From: Mycoplasma mycoides subsp. capri
Lineage (GTDB): Bacteria; Bacillota_I; Bacilli_A; Mycoplasmatales; Mycoplasmataceae
Assembly: GCF_018389705.1 (NCBI RefSeq)
Contig: NZ_CP065581.1
Coordinates: 690,001-722,000, forward strand
Reading direction: 5' to 3'
DNA: 32,000 nucleotides
Of this stretch, positions 11,354 to 23,043 are shown piece by piece. Every line of letters starts with the position of its first letter. Position 1 is the first letter of the stretch. The notes below the pieces were generated by a model, which did no database searches, had not been told where the DNA came from, and saw nothing but the letters and a program-made list of their open reading frames with translations. The position numbers and the translations under genes are program-made.

Positions 11354-12218
11354 TATTTAATCCTCCTCTTTTAATTTTAAAGATATTATTATCATATTTT
11401 TGATAAACAGCTAGAATATTATTTTGATCATCACTAATAAAAACTAAACCATCATTAATATCATTTAAAATAATTTTTTTACCTTGTATTATTTCTAAAC
11501 TATTTTGATATTTAACTACTTTATAATCATTAGTTTTAATTGCATCATTTATTGAGATTAAATGATCTCAACTAATATTATTTAAATCAATAGCATTTTC
11601 TAGTTTAAAATTACCAGAAAGTGTTCTATTTAAATAAACTACATATCCTATTGTATTTAAATCTTTACAAATATCTACAGCTAAACTTCTAATATATGTT
11701 CCTTTACTACACTTAACATCTAAAAAAATCTCATAATTTTTTTGATCATAGTCTAATAAACTAGTTTTATAAATAGTTACCTTTCTACTTTTAATTTCAA
11801 CATCTTGATTAGTTAAAGCATACTCATATAATTTTTTACCATCAACTTTTATAGATGAGTAAATTGGTGGGTATTGGTTATAAGTATAGTTATTATATTT
11901 ATTAATTACTTTATTGATTTGATCTAAACTAATATTAAAAGGAGTTTGAGTTTGAATAATATTTCCTTCAGCATCAAAACTATCAGTTAGAGTAAATAAT
12001 TTAATTTTTACTTGATAAGCTTTATTAGCGTTTAATAAATAATCACTAATTTTAGTAGCATTATTTACTAAACAAATTACAACTCCAGTTGCTAGTAAAT
12101 CTAAAGTACCACAATGACCAACTTTTTTAATATTTAACTTTTTTTTAACTTGATTAATTAATTGATAAGTTGAAATATTACTAGGTTTATTTAAAATAAA
12201 AATTCCTGATTTTTGCAT
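11340..12218 (-). CDS. truB: tRNA pseudouridine(55) synthase
   Basis: GIFILNKPSNISTYQLINQVKK, KKVGHCGTLDLLATGVV, KCSKGTYIRSLAVDI. ORF 11568-12218 continues through TGA(Trp) to TAA at 11340-11342, overlapping the ribF start. Confidence 0.95.
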
Positions 12219-12267
12219 AATTTAATTTCTATTTAAAAATCCAAGTATAAAACTTGGAAATTTAATA

Positions 12268-12621
12268 TTATTTATTTTTGTCTTCTTTTAAAATTTTATC
12301 AATTTGATTAGCTCTATCTAAACTAGTATCATAAACAAAAGTTAATTCAGGAACAGTTCTTCAGTCTAGTTTACTTGCTAATATCATTCTAATTTCTTTT
12401 AATTTATTTTCTAGTTCTTCTTCAATACTTTGTATTGTTAAATCTTCAGGAATTGGAATAAATTGATAAAAGATTTTAACATGACTATTATCAGCAGATA
12501 ATCTAGTTTCTACAACTGAAACAGATTTTAAAATTTCACTTTTAATTTCACGTTGTAAAATTAAATTTAACTCTCTTAAAAGTAATGACTCTTTTCTTTT
12601 TTGAGTTTTTATATTTGCCAT
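12268..12621 (-). CDS. rbfA: Ribosome-binding factor A
   Basis: RKESLLLRELNLILQREIK...LSADNSHVKIFYQF; extends through TGA(Trp) (ASKLDWRTVPELTFVYDTSLDRANQIDKIL...) to TAA at 12268-12270. Confidence 0.93.
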
Positions 12622-12792
12622 AAAATTCTCCTTTTGCTATTTAAATTATACCACTTACAAAAATTGTAAATTTTATAAAAAATGCAACCTAGTTTTATTT
12701 TATATAAGAATTTATCTATAATATGAATAATATTAGAAAATAAAAAGCTGTTTAGTCTATAATTTTAATTAATATAGAAAAGGACATAGTTT

Positions 12793-14037
12793 ATGTTACA
12801 AAAACCTCGTGGAACTCAAGACTTTTTTTTAGATGAAACAAAGTTATGAATTAAAGTTGAAACTAAATTAAGAGAAATTTTAAATAAGTTTAATTATAGT
12901 GAAATAAGAACACCAATGTTTGAATCAAAAGAACTATTTATTAGAAGTATTGGTTCAACTAGTGATATTGTTTCAAAAGAAATGTATGAATTTGTTGATA
13001 AAAAAAATCGTAGTCTAGTTTTAAAACCAGAAGGAACAGCTAGTGTTGTTAGAGCTGTTGTTGAAAATAAACTGTATGCTGAAGACTATTTACCTTTTAA
13101 AACTTATTATATCAGTCCAATGTTTAGATACGAAAGACCACAAAATGGAAGATATCGTCAATTTCATCAATTAGGAATTGAAGTTTATGGAAGTGATTCA
13201 ATACAACAAGATTATGAAGTTTTAAATATAGCTAACAATATCATTAATGATTTTAAATTAAATAAAAATATTAAAATTTATACAAACTATTTAATAACTG
13301 GAAACAATAGAGAACAATACATTTTAGAATTAAAAAAATATTTAACTGATTTTAAATTATGTACTGATTGTAATATTAGGATTGAAAAAAATCCTTTAAG
13401 AGTACTAGATTGTAAAATTGATGACAAACAATTTAACAATGTTCCTAGTATGAAAGACTTTTTAACTGATGAAGAACAAAAAAGATATCAACAAACACTT
13501 GATTTATTTAAAGAAATGAATATTTTAACTATTCATGATGATAAATTAGTTAGAGGTTTAGATTATTACACCGGATTTATTTTTGAAATAAAATATGAAT
13601 CTAAAAATATTGAACAAACTATTATAGCTGGTGGTAGATATAATAATTTAGTCTATGAAATTGGAAATATTAACTTACCAGCTTGTGGTTTTGGGATGGG
13701 ATTAGAAAGATTTATAAATATTATAAAAGAACAAAATGACAAGCTAAATACAAATGATCAAAGCATTGATCTTTATACAATATGTTTAGATCAATCAGCT
13801 ATAAAATTAAATCAACAAATTTTAGAATTGTCTAGATCTATTGGTTTAATATCTGATAGTAACTACTACAATCTGTCTTTAAAATCTGCATTAAAAAAAT
13901 CAGATAAACTGAATCCAAAATATTTAATTATTCTTGGTGAAAAAGAAGCAACATCTAATCAATTTATAATTAAAAATAAAATTAATAAAACTGAAATTAA
14001 AACAACATTAACTAATTTGGTTAATGATCTAAAATAA
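12793..14037 (+). CDS. hisS: Histidyl-tRNA synthetase
   Basis: ATG at 12793: MLQKPRGTQDFFLDETKLW...; VLKPEGTASVVRAVVE, RYERPQNGRYRQFHQLG, GGRYNNLV, GFGMGLERFI. Confidence 0.97.
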
Positions 14038-14045
14038 GGAGATAT

Positions 14046-15770
14046 ATGAAAAGAACACATACTTGCGGTGAATTAACATTACAAAATGTTGATCAAAAAG
14101 TTATTCTACAAGGTTGAGTAAAAAAAATTAGAAAACTAGGAGCTATGGTTTTTATTGATCTAAAAGATAGATATGGAATTACTCAATTAGTTATTGAACA
14201 AGAAAATATTAACTTAATTAATAATATTAAAAATGAATATGTAATTGAAATTAGTGGAATTGTTGTTAAAAGAAAATCAGTTAATAAAGAGTTAATTACT
14301 GGAGAAATTGAAGTTATTGTTAAAGATCTTTTAGTAATTAATAAATCTGAATTAACTCCTTTTGTTTTAGAAAATGATGTTAATGTTAATGAAGATACTA
14401 GATTAACTTATAGATATTTAGATTTAAGAAGACCAATTATGCAAAATAATCTAATTATTAGAGCAAAAATTAATCATATAATTAGAAACTATTTAACTGA
14501 TTTAAATTTTTTAGAAGTAGAAACTCCTTATTTTGCAAAATCAACTCCAGAAGGTGCGCGTGATTTTTTAGTACCATCAAGATTAAATAAAAATAAATTT
14601 TATGCTTTACCTCAATCACCACAATTATTTAAACAATTATTAATGATTTCTGGAATTGACAGATATTATCAAATTGTTAGATCTTTTAGAGATGAAGATT
14701 TAAGAATTGATCGTCAACCTGAATTTACTCAATTAGATTTAGAAATGAGTTTTGCAACTAGTGAAGATGTAATGCAAATTAGTGAATCTTTAATTAAAAA
14801 AATCTTAAAAGAAGTTAAAAACTTTGAAATTAAAGGACCTTTATTAAGATTAAGTTATAAGGACGCTATTGATTTATATGGTAGTGATAAACCAGATTTA
14901 AGATATGATTTAAAAATTCATACTTTAAATGATATTTTTAAAAATACTAATATTAAATTTTTAAATAATCCTGATTTATTTATTAGAGCGATTTGTATAG
15001 ATCAATTATTATCAAAAAAACAACTTGAAGATTTAAACCAACAAGCAAAACAATTTCACTTTAATTCAATTGCTTTTATTAAATTTGAAAATAATAATTG
15101 GTCAGGCAGTTTAGCAAGCCAATTAACTGAAAATGAAAAAGAATTATTAATTAAAGAGTTTGATATTAAAAATAAAGCAACTATTATTTTAAATATTGGA
15201 AAGTATGCAGAAATTTCTCAATTAATGGGTGCTATTAGAATTAGTTTAGCTAAAATGTTTAATTTAGAAACTAAAGATGATTTTAAATTATTATGAGTTG
15301 TTGATTTTCCTTTATTTGAGTTTAATGAACAAGAAAATAGATATGTAGCAGCTCATCATCCATTTACAAGTCCAAAAGAAGAATGCTTAACTGATTTTGA
15401 TACTAATAAAAAAGATGCTTTAGCTTGTGCTTATGATCTAGTTATGAATGGATTTGAAATTGGAGGAGGAAGCCAACGTATTACAGATCCAGAAATTCAA
15501 CAAAGAATGTTTGATGCAGTTGAATTAACTGCTCAACAAGTTGAAACTAATTTTGGTTGATTTATGAACGCTTATAAATATGGTGCTCCTTATCATGCAG
15601 GAATTGCTTGAGGATTAGATAGAATTAATATGATTTTAACTGATTCAAATTCAATTAGAGATGTTATTGCTTTTCCAAAAAATTCACTAGGAATTGATAT
15701 GATGAGTAATGCTCCAGATCTAGTAAGTGAAAAACAATTAGAAGAATTAAATATTAAAATAGTTAAATAA
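14046..15770 (+). CDS. aspS: Aspartyl-tRNA synthetase
   Basis: [49 protein letters not shown]; [20 protein letters not shown]; [10 protein letters not shown]; [10 protein letters not shown]; GLDRI; TAA at 15768-15770. Confidence 0.97.
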
Positions 15771-15775
15771 AAAGT

Positions 15776-15806
15776 AAAAGTAGGGTCTAAAACCCTACTT
15801 TTTTTC
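15776..15806. terminator. Terminator after aspS
   Basis: AAAAGTAGGGT CTAAA ACCCTACTTTTTTT hairpin with poly-T. Confidence 0.85.
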
Positions 15807-16593
15807 CCATCATATAATCATCAAAATTTTTATCTCAATCAATTTGTTGCATTCTTTTTGCAACATATACTTTATTTGCAAAATCAAAAATGCCAATATT
15901 TAATAATTGATCAAATTCTAAAAATTCAAAAATTAAAATAGCATAATAAAGATATGTCTGAAAAATAATAATAAATTTAATAAATTCATTAGCTAAATCT
16001 AATTGATTTTTAATATATCAAAAACCATCATCATCAATTTCATCAATACATTCGCTTAAGACTTCATCAATTTCATATAAATATTCAATAAATATTTCAT
16101 TAGTATCTGATTCTAAAGCAATTTTGATTAATTCAACTAAATCATATCTCATGTATTCTAATTTTGTTGATGGATTTAGATCAATAAGTGTTTTTAAAGA
16201 ATTAGTTAAATATGTTCTTGTTAAATATAAAAAGGTTTCTCTAATATTTAAATCAACACCATATTCATCACAAAAATTTGGATTTTTTTTATCAAATGTT
16301 TTATATCAAAAAGAAAAATCATCAAAAAAGCTTAATAATTTTTGAAGTCTAATTACAATAATTTCATAAAAATCGCTTTGAATTATCTTTTTTAAATCTG
16401 CAACTACAAATTTAGGAGTAGTTTTTGATTCTATTTGATTAATTCATTTTCTAAAAGTTGAGATATTTGGTTTTTTTAGTCATTGCTCAACAGCTTTTTT
16501 AGAAAATTCAGATATTTTCTTACCTGGTTGTTGTGAAATTAAATAAAGTTCATCAACAAGTATTTTTAAAAAATTACCATGATATTTAAACAT
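15787..16593 (-). CDS. Hypothetical protein, ~268 aa
   Basis: Single frame once TGA=Trp: MFKYHGNFLKILVDELYLISQQPGKKISEFSKKAVEQWLKKPNISTFRKWINQIESKTTPK... to TAG at 15787-15789. Absent from the ORF track because of internal TGAs. Confidence 0.7.
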
Positions 16594-16619
16594 TTTTCTT
16601 TCCTCTAATTACTATAATT

Positions 16620-18422
16620 TTAATCATCTATTTTTAAAATAGCAACAAAGGCTTCTTGTGGAACCTCTACAGTTCCAATTTCTTTCATTTTTTTCTTACC
16701 TTCTTTTTGTTTTTCTAATAATTTCTTTCTTCTTGATTTATCTGCAGCATGAAGTTTTCAAGTAACATCTTTTCTATAAGCTTTTATAGTTTCTCTTGAA
16801 ATTACTTTATTTCCAATTGTTGCTTGTACTGGTACTTCAAAGTTTTGTCTTGGAATTAATTCTTTTAGTTTTAAAGTTAAAGCACTTCCTCTTTGATAAG
16901 CAAATTTTTGATTAACTATCATTGAAAATGCATCAACCATTTCTCCATTTAATTTAATATCCATTCTTACTAATTTTGATTCTTTATAACCAATAAGTTC
17001 ATATTCAAAAGATGCATATCCTTTAGAAATAGATTTTAATTTATTAAAAAAGTCAAAAATAATTTCAGCTAATGGCATTTGATAAACTAAAATTCGTCTA
17101 TTATTGTCAATTACTTCCATATTTTTATAAATACCAAGTTTGTTTTGACACAAATTCATTAAATCTCCAATATATTCGCTTGGAGTTGCTATTTTAATTT
17201 CAACAAATGGCTCTTCAATTTTTGCAATTTTTTGAGCTTCAGGTAGTAGTGCAGGATTATCTAATTCAATTACTTGTTTATTTGTTAAGTGAACTTTATA
17301 AACTACACTTGGAGCAGTTGCAATTAGTTCAAGATTATATTCTCTTTCTAGTCTTTCTTGAATTACTTCCATATGTAATAATCCTAAAAAACCACATCTA
17401 AAACCAAATCCTAAAGCTTGACTAGTTTCTGGTTCATAAACTAAAGAAGAATCAGATAATTCAATTTTTTCTAAAGCTTCTTTAAAATCTTGATATTTAT
17501 TAGTATCAATTGGATAAATTCCACAATATACCATTGGTTTTAATTTTTTATAACCTTCTAATGGTTCATCAGCTGGATTTAAAACACTTGTAATAGTATC
17601 TCCAACATTAACATCTTTAATAGTTTTTATTGAAGCTGCAACTCAACCGACTTCACCAGCTTCTAAAAAGTCTTTTTTAACAATTTTTGGAGTTTTTATT
17701 CCTAAAGAAGTAACTTCATATTCAGCATTAGTAGACATTAGTTTGATTTTATCACCAACTCTTAGCATCCCTTGTTTTAGTCTTATTGACATAACAACAC
17801 CTAAATATTTATCATAATAAGAATCAAAAATTAAAGCTTTTAAAGGTGCATTATCAATAGCATCACTTGGTGATGGAATTTTTTCAACTATTGCTTGTAA
17901 AACATCTTCAACATTTAATCCAGTCTTTGCTGAAATTAAAGGGGCATTACTACAATCTAATCCTATAATTTCTTCAATTTCTTGTTTAACTTTATCAACA
18001 TCAGCACTAGGTAAATCAATTTTATTAATTACTGGAATTATTTCTAAATTACTATCGATTGCTAAATAAACATTAGCTAAAGTCTGAGCTTCAACTCCTT
18101 GAGAAGCATCAACAACTAAAATAGCACCCTCACAAGCAGCTAAACTTCTTGAAACTTCATAAGTAAAATCAACATGACCTGGAGTATCAATTAAATTAAA
18201 AATATAATCTTGATTATCTTTTGAACGATATTTTAATTGAACTGAGTTTAATTTAATTGTAATTCCTCTTTCTCTTTCAATATCCATTGAATCTAATAAT
18301 TGATCTTGCATTTCCCTTTTTTCAACTGTGTTTGTTAGTTCTAAAATACGATCAGCTAATGTAGATTTACCATGATCAATATGAGCAATAATACTAAAAT
18401 TTCTAATTTTAGATTTATCCAT
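16620..18422 (-). CDS. lepA: Elongation factor 4 (LepA)
   Basis: [87 protein letters not shown]; two track ORFs joined through TGA(Trp), 600 aa. Confidence 0.98.
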
Positions 18423-18445
18423 ATAAAACCTTTCTATTAAACATA

Positions 18446-19333
18446 TTAATGATGTTTATTAATAAAAGTAACTATTTGATTTTCTAGTTGATTTTTGTTG
18501 TTAAACATTTTATTTTTTAAATCATTTACATAATTTAATTGTATAAAATAATCTTTTTTTAAAAACTGTTTTAATAGTTTATATGATGATTTTAAATAGT
18601 ATTTTTCTTCATCAAAATTATTATCATTAGCTATTAATAAAATTGGTAAGTTTTTTCTAATAAAACTAAAACGTTTAGTTTTTAAATTAAAATACATTGT
18701 TTTATATATATCTAATAAACTAATAATTTCAAATTTTTTAGAAATAAAATCATCTTCTAAAAGATCTAAATATCGATTTAAATTATCTGATAAAAACTCA
18801 TTATTTTGATTAAACTCTTGTAAAAAAGTTTGTGTATAAGTATCTTGATATAAACTATATGGTTTTTTATTTTTAGAAAATAATTTAATAAAAATTAATC
18901 TAATCATTTCTTTAAAAATTACTGTTTTATTAAACTGAATAAAATTAGATAAAATTATACCATTAATAGTTTCTGAATATTTAATAGCATAAGCTTTGCT
19001 AAAAACACAAGTTATTGAATGAGAAAACATAAAGATTGGTAATTTATATTGTTTTTTTATAAAATGATTAACTTCTTTAAAATCTTCAATAATAATTTTG
19101 GCATTATGATTTAAAATTTTTTGTTGATTTCTAATTGCTAAAGAGTTTTGAATTGAATTGCAAACAACTATAATTTGATGTTCATTTAATAATTTAAAAA
19201 AACCTGTGTAAAAATCAATAATGTTTAAGTTATTACTAATTATATGTAATACAGCTATTGGTTTTTTTACTTTATCAAAAACATAGGTTTTAATTTGATG
19301 ATTATCAATTGTTTGAATATCAATTTGTTTCAT
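18446..19333 (-). CDS. Alpha/beta hydrolase-like protein (lysophospholipase-like)
   Basis: 295 aa; [34 protein letters not shown] resembles the nucleophile-elbow region of serine hydrolases; [13 protein letters not shown] resembles a late-strand acidic region. Confidence 0.6.
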   Translation of the reverse strand: MKQIDIQTIDNHQIKTYVFDKVKKPIAVLHIISNNLNIIDFYTGFFKLLNEHQIIVVCNSIQNSLAIRNQQKILNHNAKIIIEDFKEVNHFIKKQYKLPIFMFSHSITCVFSKAYAIKYSETINGIILSNFIQFNKTVIFKEMIRLIFIKLFSKNKKPYSLYQDTYTQTFLQEFNQNNEFLSDNLNRYLDLLEDDFISKKFEIISLLDIYKTMYFNLKTKRFSFIRKNLPILLIANDNNFDEEKYYLKSSYKLLKQFLKKDYFIQLNYVNDLKNKMFNNKNQLENQIVTFINKHH

Positions 19334-19334
19334 T

Positions 19335-19949
19335 TTAAACCTCTTTTAAAACAAATTCTAAACTTGCATTTTTAGCTAATTTATCGGCTAAGTCATTATA
19401 TTTATTATTTGTATGTGATTTGATTCATTTAAATTCAACTTCAACTTGATCTTTATATTTATTAAAAAATTCTTTATATTCTTTTGTAAAGTCTAAATTA
19501 GCTTTTCATTGATCTAAAGCTCATTTACTTACTCCTTGATAATCATGACAAATAAGTACTTTTTTAATTTTATTTGCAACACAAAACATAATTGTTTGTT
19601 TAACAGCTAGAACTTCACCAGCTACATTTCTTAAACTAGAAATATTTTGATTATCAAATCTCTGACTTAAATGAAATTCTCTATTTTTTCAAAAAACAAC
19701 AACACCATATGAAAAAGTATTATCTAAAGTATTATAACTACCATCAGTATAAGCTATACAACTATTTTTATCACTATTTAAATTATTAGATTGCTTATTA
19801 TCATTTAAAAAATCTTTAGCTTCTTTTAAAGTTGAAAAAGATTTATAAATAGCATTAGAATAATTTTCAACTTGCTTTTTAGCTTCATCTCAAGTTGTAT
19901 AAATACCAGGTTTTAAACCTTTTTTTATTGCATAATACTTTTTTGACAT
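19335..19949 (-). CDS. RNase H1-like protein with N-terminal viroplasmin/caulimovirus-type domain
   Basis: MSKKYYAIKKGLKPGIYTTWDEAKKQVENYSNAIYKSFSTLKEAKDFL (N-domain) then CIAYTDGSYN...NVAGEVLAVKQ...CHDYQGVSKWA...IKSHTNNKYNDLADKLAK. Split by TGA(Trp) codons, so absent from the track. Confidence 0.85.
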
Positions 19950-19961
19950 ATTTTTTTCTTT

Positions 19962-21386
19962 CTAATAAGCTCTTGCAAATATTACTTGTAAACAAGTGTC
20001 TTTTTTACAATTAAAACATTTTGCTTTAACTTCTTTTTGATCAAAAGGAATACATCTTGAATTAGTTGCTGTTTTTGTTTTAATATCTTGTTCACATTCA
20101 ACTCTTCCACAAAATGGAACTAATACAAAACCTTGGTTTTGTTTTAAAATTTCAATATATTCTTCAATTGTATCAGCTTTAAAAGTTCTGTTTTTTCTAT
20201 TTTCTAAAGCATTATTATAAAGTGATAAATCATAATCTTTAATCATTTGATCAACTACTTTTTTAACATTTTTATAATCTATTTTGATTTTATTTTCTTG
20301 TTGGTCTCTTCTTGAAATAGTAATTTGATTATTTTCTAAATCACGAGGTCCTATTTCAATTCTAATTGGTATTCCTTTAATTTCAGCTTCACTAATTTTA
20401 AATCCAAAGCTTTTATCAGAATTATCTACATTTATTCTATAATCAGATAATTTATCTTTAATAATCTCAACAACTTGATCAATTTGTTCATTATTTTTAA
20501 TTTGAATAATTTGGATTTGAATTGGAGAAATTTTACTTGGTAAAACTAAACCATTATCATCACTATGAGTCATAATAAGAGCACCAATTAATCTTGTTGA
20601 AACTCCTCAACTTGTTGAATAAGCATGTTCTAATTTATTTTCTTTGTTTTGGAATTTAATATCATAAACTTTTGTAAAATTATCAGCAAAAAAGTGAGAA
20701 GTACCACACTGTAAAGCTTGACCATCAAACATTAAAGATTCAATAGTATAAGTATCTTTTGCTCCTGCAAATTTTTCTTTTTCAGTCTTTTTACCACAAA
20801 TTACAGGCAATAATAAAATTTCTTTTGCAAACTTTTCATAAATGTTTAATATTTTTAAACAAAAATCTTCTGCTTCATTATAAGAACTATGAACAGTATG
20901 ACCTTCTTGTCATAAAAATTCACTAGTTCTTAAAAAAGGACGAGTAGTTTTTTCTCATCTCATTACATTACATCATTGATTATAAATTAAAGGTAAATCA
21001 CGATAAGAATTTATTTCATTACTAAAATAATCCATCATTACAACTTCACTAGTTGGTCTTATAAATAGATTTTCTTCTAGTTGTTTTTCTCCAACTCTAG
21101 TAACAGTTGCAATTTCTGGAGAAAATCCTTCAATATGATCTTTTTCTTTATTAAACAATGATTCAGGAATTAATAATGGAAAATAAACATTATCTACATT
21201 TATTTTTTTAAATTCTTCATCTAAATATTTTTGAATTAATTCTCAAATTCTATATCCATATGGTCTAAAAATCATAGTTCCTTTAACAGGACCATAGCTA
21301 GCTAATTTTGTATTTAAAACAATATCTGTATATCATTGTGAAAAATCAATATTTCTTGGAGTGATTTTATCTAGTTGTTTTTTCAT
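19962..21386 (-). CDS. proS: Prolyl-tRNA synthetase (eukaryotic/archaeal-like type)
   Basis: One frame through TGA(Trp), start MKKQLDKITPRNIDFSQWYTDIVLNTKLASYGPVKGTMIFRPYGYRIWELIQ; LFIRPTSEVVMM, TRPFLRTSEFLWQEGHT, LIMTHSDDNGLVLP. Confidence 0.95.
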
Positions 21387-22047
21387 TATCGTTATTACCT
21401 TCTATTTGTTCAAATTGATCATTATTTTTATAATAAATTCTAATTGAATCATTTAATAATGTTTTTCTTAAATATTCTTCTGCTTTTTTATATAAGTCAT
21501 AATCTCTAAACAAGATTCATTCAATACATTCTATTTGAATAGCTTCGTTAATAAAAACCATAGATAAAGATTTATCTCAAACTCAATCTTTTTTTGTTAC
21601 TCTATATAAAGTATTTGGATTAATTGCTATTGTTAAAAATTGATCAGTTTTAATATCAGTATCTTTAAGTCATTTTCAAAATTGAGCCCTTGATGAAATA
21701 TCAAAAGCTAAACCAATTGAATAATCTTTTTGTTGAAATGATCAAACAACATATTCTTCATCGGCTTTTAATTTAATTTCTTTAACAGGACAAATTCCAT
21801 ATTGTAAAATGTTTAATCAGTTTTTTGAATTGGTATAAAATAAAAAATATTGAATGTCTTGTTTATTTATAAAATCTAAAACGTTTTTCTTTTCGTTTTC
21901 TTTAGTAATAAAAAAAGGATATAAAATATTTTCAAAATAATTTTGTTGTGTTAAATCATTTTTAGATTTTCAAAACATTAATTTTGATCAAAAACTTTTT
22001 ATATTTTTTGATTGATTTTTAATATTTTTATCAACTTTTTTATTCAT
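21367..22047 (-). CDS. Uncharacterised protein, possible ADP-ribosyltransferase-fold (DarT/DUF4433-like) relative
   Basis: Frame through several TGA(Trp) codons: MNKKVDKNIKNQSKNIKSFWSKLMFWKSKNDLTQQNYFENILYPFF...QYFLFYTNSKNWLNILQYGICPVKEI...; ends TAA 21367-21369, overlapping proS by 20 nt. Coding call is solid; family call is tentative. Confidence 0.65.
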
Positions 22048-22130
22048 TACTACTCCATTTATTATCTTTATATATTATATATTGTTTTAAATTGTTTAAA
22101 TTAAATTAAATCTATACGATATTAAACAAA

Positions 22131-22154
22131 TAAAAAAGACTACCTAAGTAGTCT
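22131..22154 (-). terminator. Terminator after tRNA-Ser
   Basis: AGACTAC CTAA GTAGTCT stem; on the minus strand it is followed by TTTTTTA. Confidence 0.7.
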
Positions 22155-22166
22155 GTTAATTTCAAA

Positions 22167-22256
22167 TGGCGGGTTAAGAGGGACTCGAACCCTCGCGCCG
22201 GAGACCGACCTAACACCTTAGCAGGGTGTCCTCTTCACCAACTTGAGTATTAACCC
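22167..22256 (-). tRNA. tRNA-Ser(GCT)
   Basis: Reverse complement GGGTTAATACTCAAGTTGGTGAAGAGGACACCCTGCTAAGGTGT...GAGGGTTCGAGTCCCTCTTAACCCGCCA; GGGTTAA/TTAACCC acceptor stem, long variable arm, anticodon GCT, CCA encoded. Confidence 0.96.
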
Positions 22257-22273
22257 ATAAGTAATACTTTTTA

Positions 22274-22279
22274 ATTATA
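22274..22279 (-). promoter_or_regulatory. Putative -10 box for tRNA-Ser
   Basis: TATAAT on the minus strand, 17 nt upstream of the tRNA 5' end. Confidence 0.4.
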
Positions 22280-22507
22280 CACAAAAATATAAATAAATTG
22301 CACTAGATTTAATAAACCTAATTTTTTTACATAATAAAAAAACTACTTATCAAATAAAAATAAAAAATTAGAGAGAATAGGTTTTGATAAATAGTTTTTA
22401 AAAAATTAAATGAAATTAGTTTAATAAACTATTTTTATTAATTTTATGTTTTATTTAAGTTTTAATTAACATTAAATAATTTTAGTATTACTTTTAATAA
22501 TTTAATT

Positions 22508-22789
22508 TTAAGATTTACTAATTTTAGCTCCACCAATTATTAATAAAATACCTGGAATTAGTGCTGCTCAAAATAAAGCAAATATACCAGTTGTGATCAC
22601 TAATCCTTTATTGTTTCTTAAACTTGGAACTAGACATAAAATTGAAAGAATAAATGTCACAATAGTTGCTGGTATTGTTAATCAAGCTAAAAATCAAATA
22701 AAAACAATTGAAATAGGGAGCACTATAATGATTCCAACAATTGATAAAACAGCTCCAACTATAACTAATGGATTTGGTTTTTGATTCAT
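22508..22789 (-). CDS. Small hydrophobic membrane protein, ~93 aa
   Basis: MNQKPNPLVIVGAVLSIVGIIIVLPISIVFIWFLAWLTIPATIVTFILSILCLVPSLRNNKGLVITTGIFALFWAALIPGILLIIGGAKISKS*; purine-rich RBS region just upstream. The track only lists the antisense ORF. Confidence 0.75.
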
Positions 22790-22837
22790 ATTTTTTCCTT
22801 TCTTTTTTTTAGATACTTAGACAACAAAATACCTAAA

Positions 22838-22869
22838 ATTTATATTTCCATTACAAAAAAAAAAAAAAA
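22838..22869 (-). promoter_or_regulatory. Putative promoter of the small membrane protein gene, with a 15-nt homopolymer tract at the -35/spacer position
   Basis: Minus strand: T15 (22869-22855), 10 nt, TATAAAT (22844-22838), about 50 nt before the ATG. Confidence 0.4.
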
Positions 22870-23043
22870 GCTATTTTTTACAAGTTCAAAGTAATTTTTT
22901 AAAAATTTGCATATACAAAAAATATCTAAAAAGATAATAGTTTTAGTTTTTTACCAATTCATATAAGTGTGATAAATTAATGAAACTAAATATTATCAAC
23001 TAGTAAAGTAATACAATTAAAGTAAATAGAAAGGAGATATAAA

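Noticed and set aside
12622-12792. T-box or other aminoacyl-tRNA-responsive leader upstream of hisS-aspS
   Set aside because: No T-box core motif or strong terminator/antiterminator pair seen in this short AT-rich intergenic region.
16124-16345. Plus-strand ORF 73 aa
   Set aside because: Antisense to the 15787-16593 CDS, which spans the whole region in one frame.
17207-17401. Plus-strand ORF 64 aa
   Set aside because: Antisense to lepA; Leu/Gln-rich shadow ORF.
22593-22784. Plus-strand ORF 63 aa
   Set aside because: Antisense shadow of the hydrophobic protein 22508-22789, which has a better start, RBS and membrane-protein composition.
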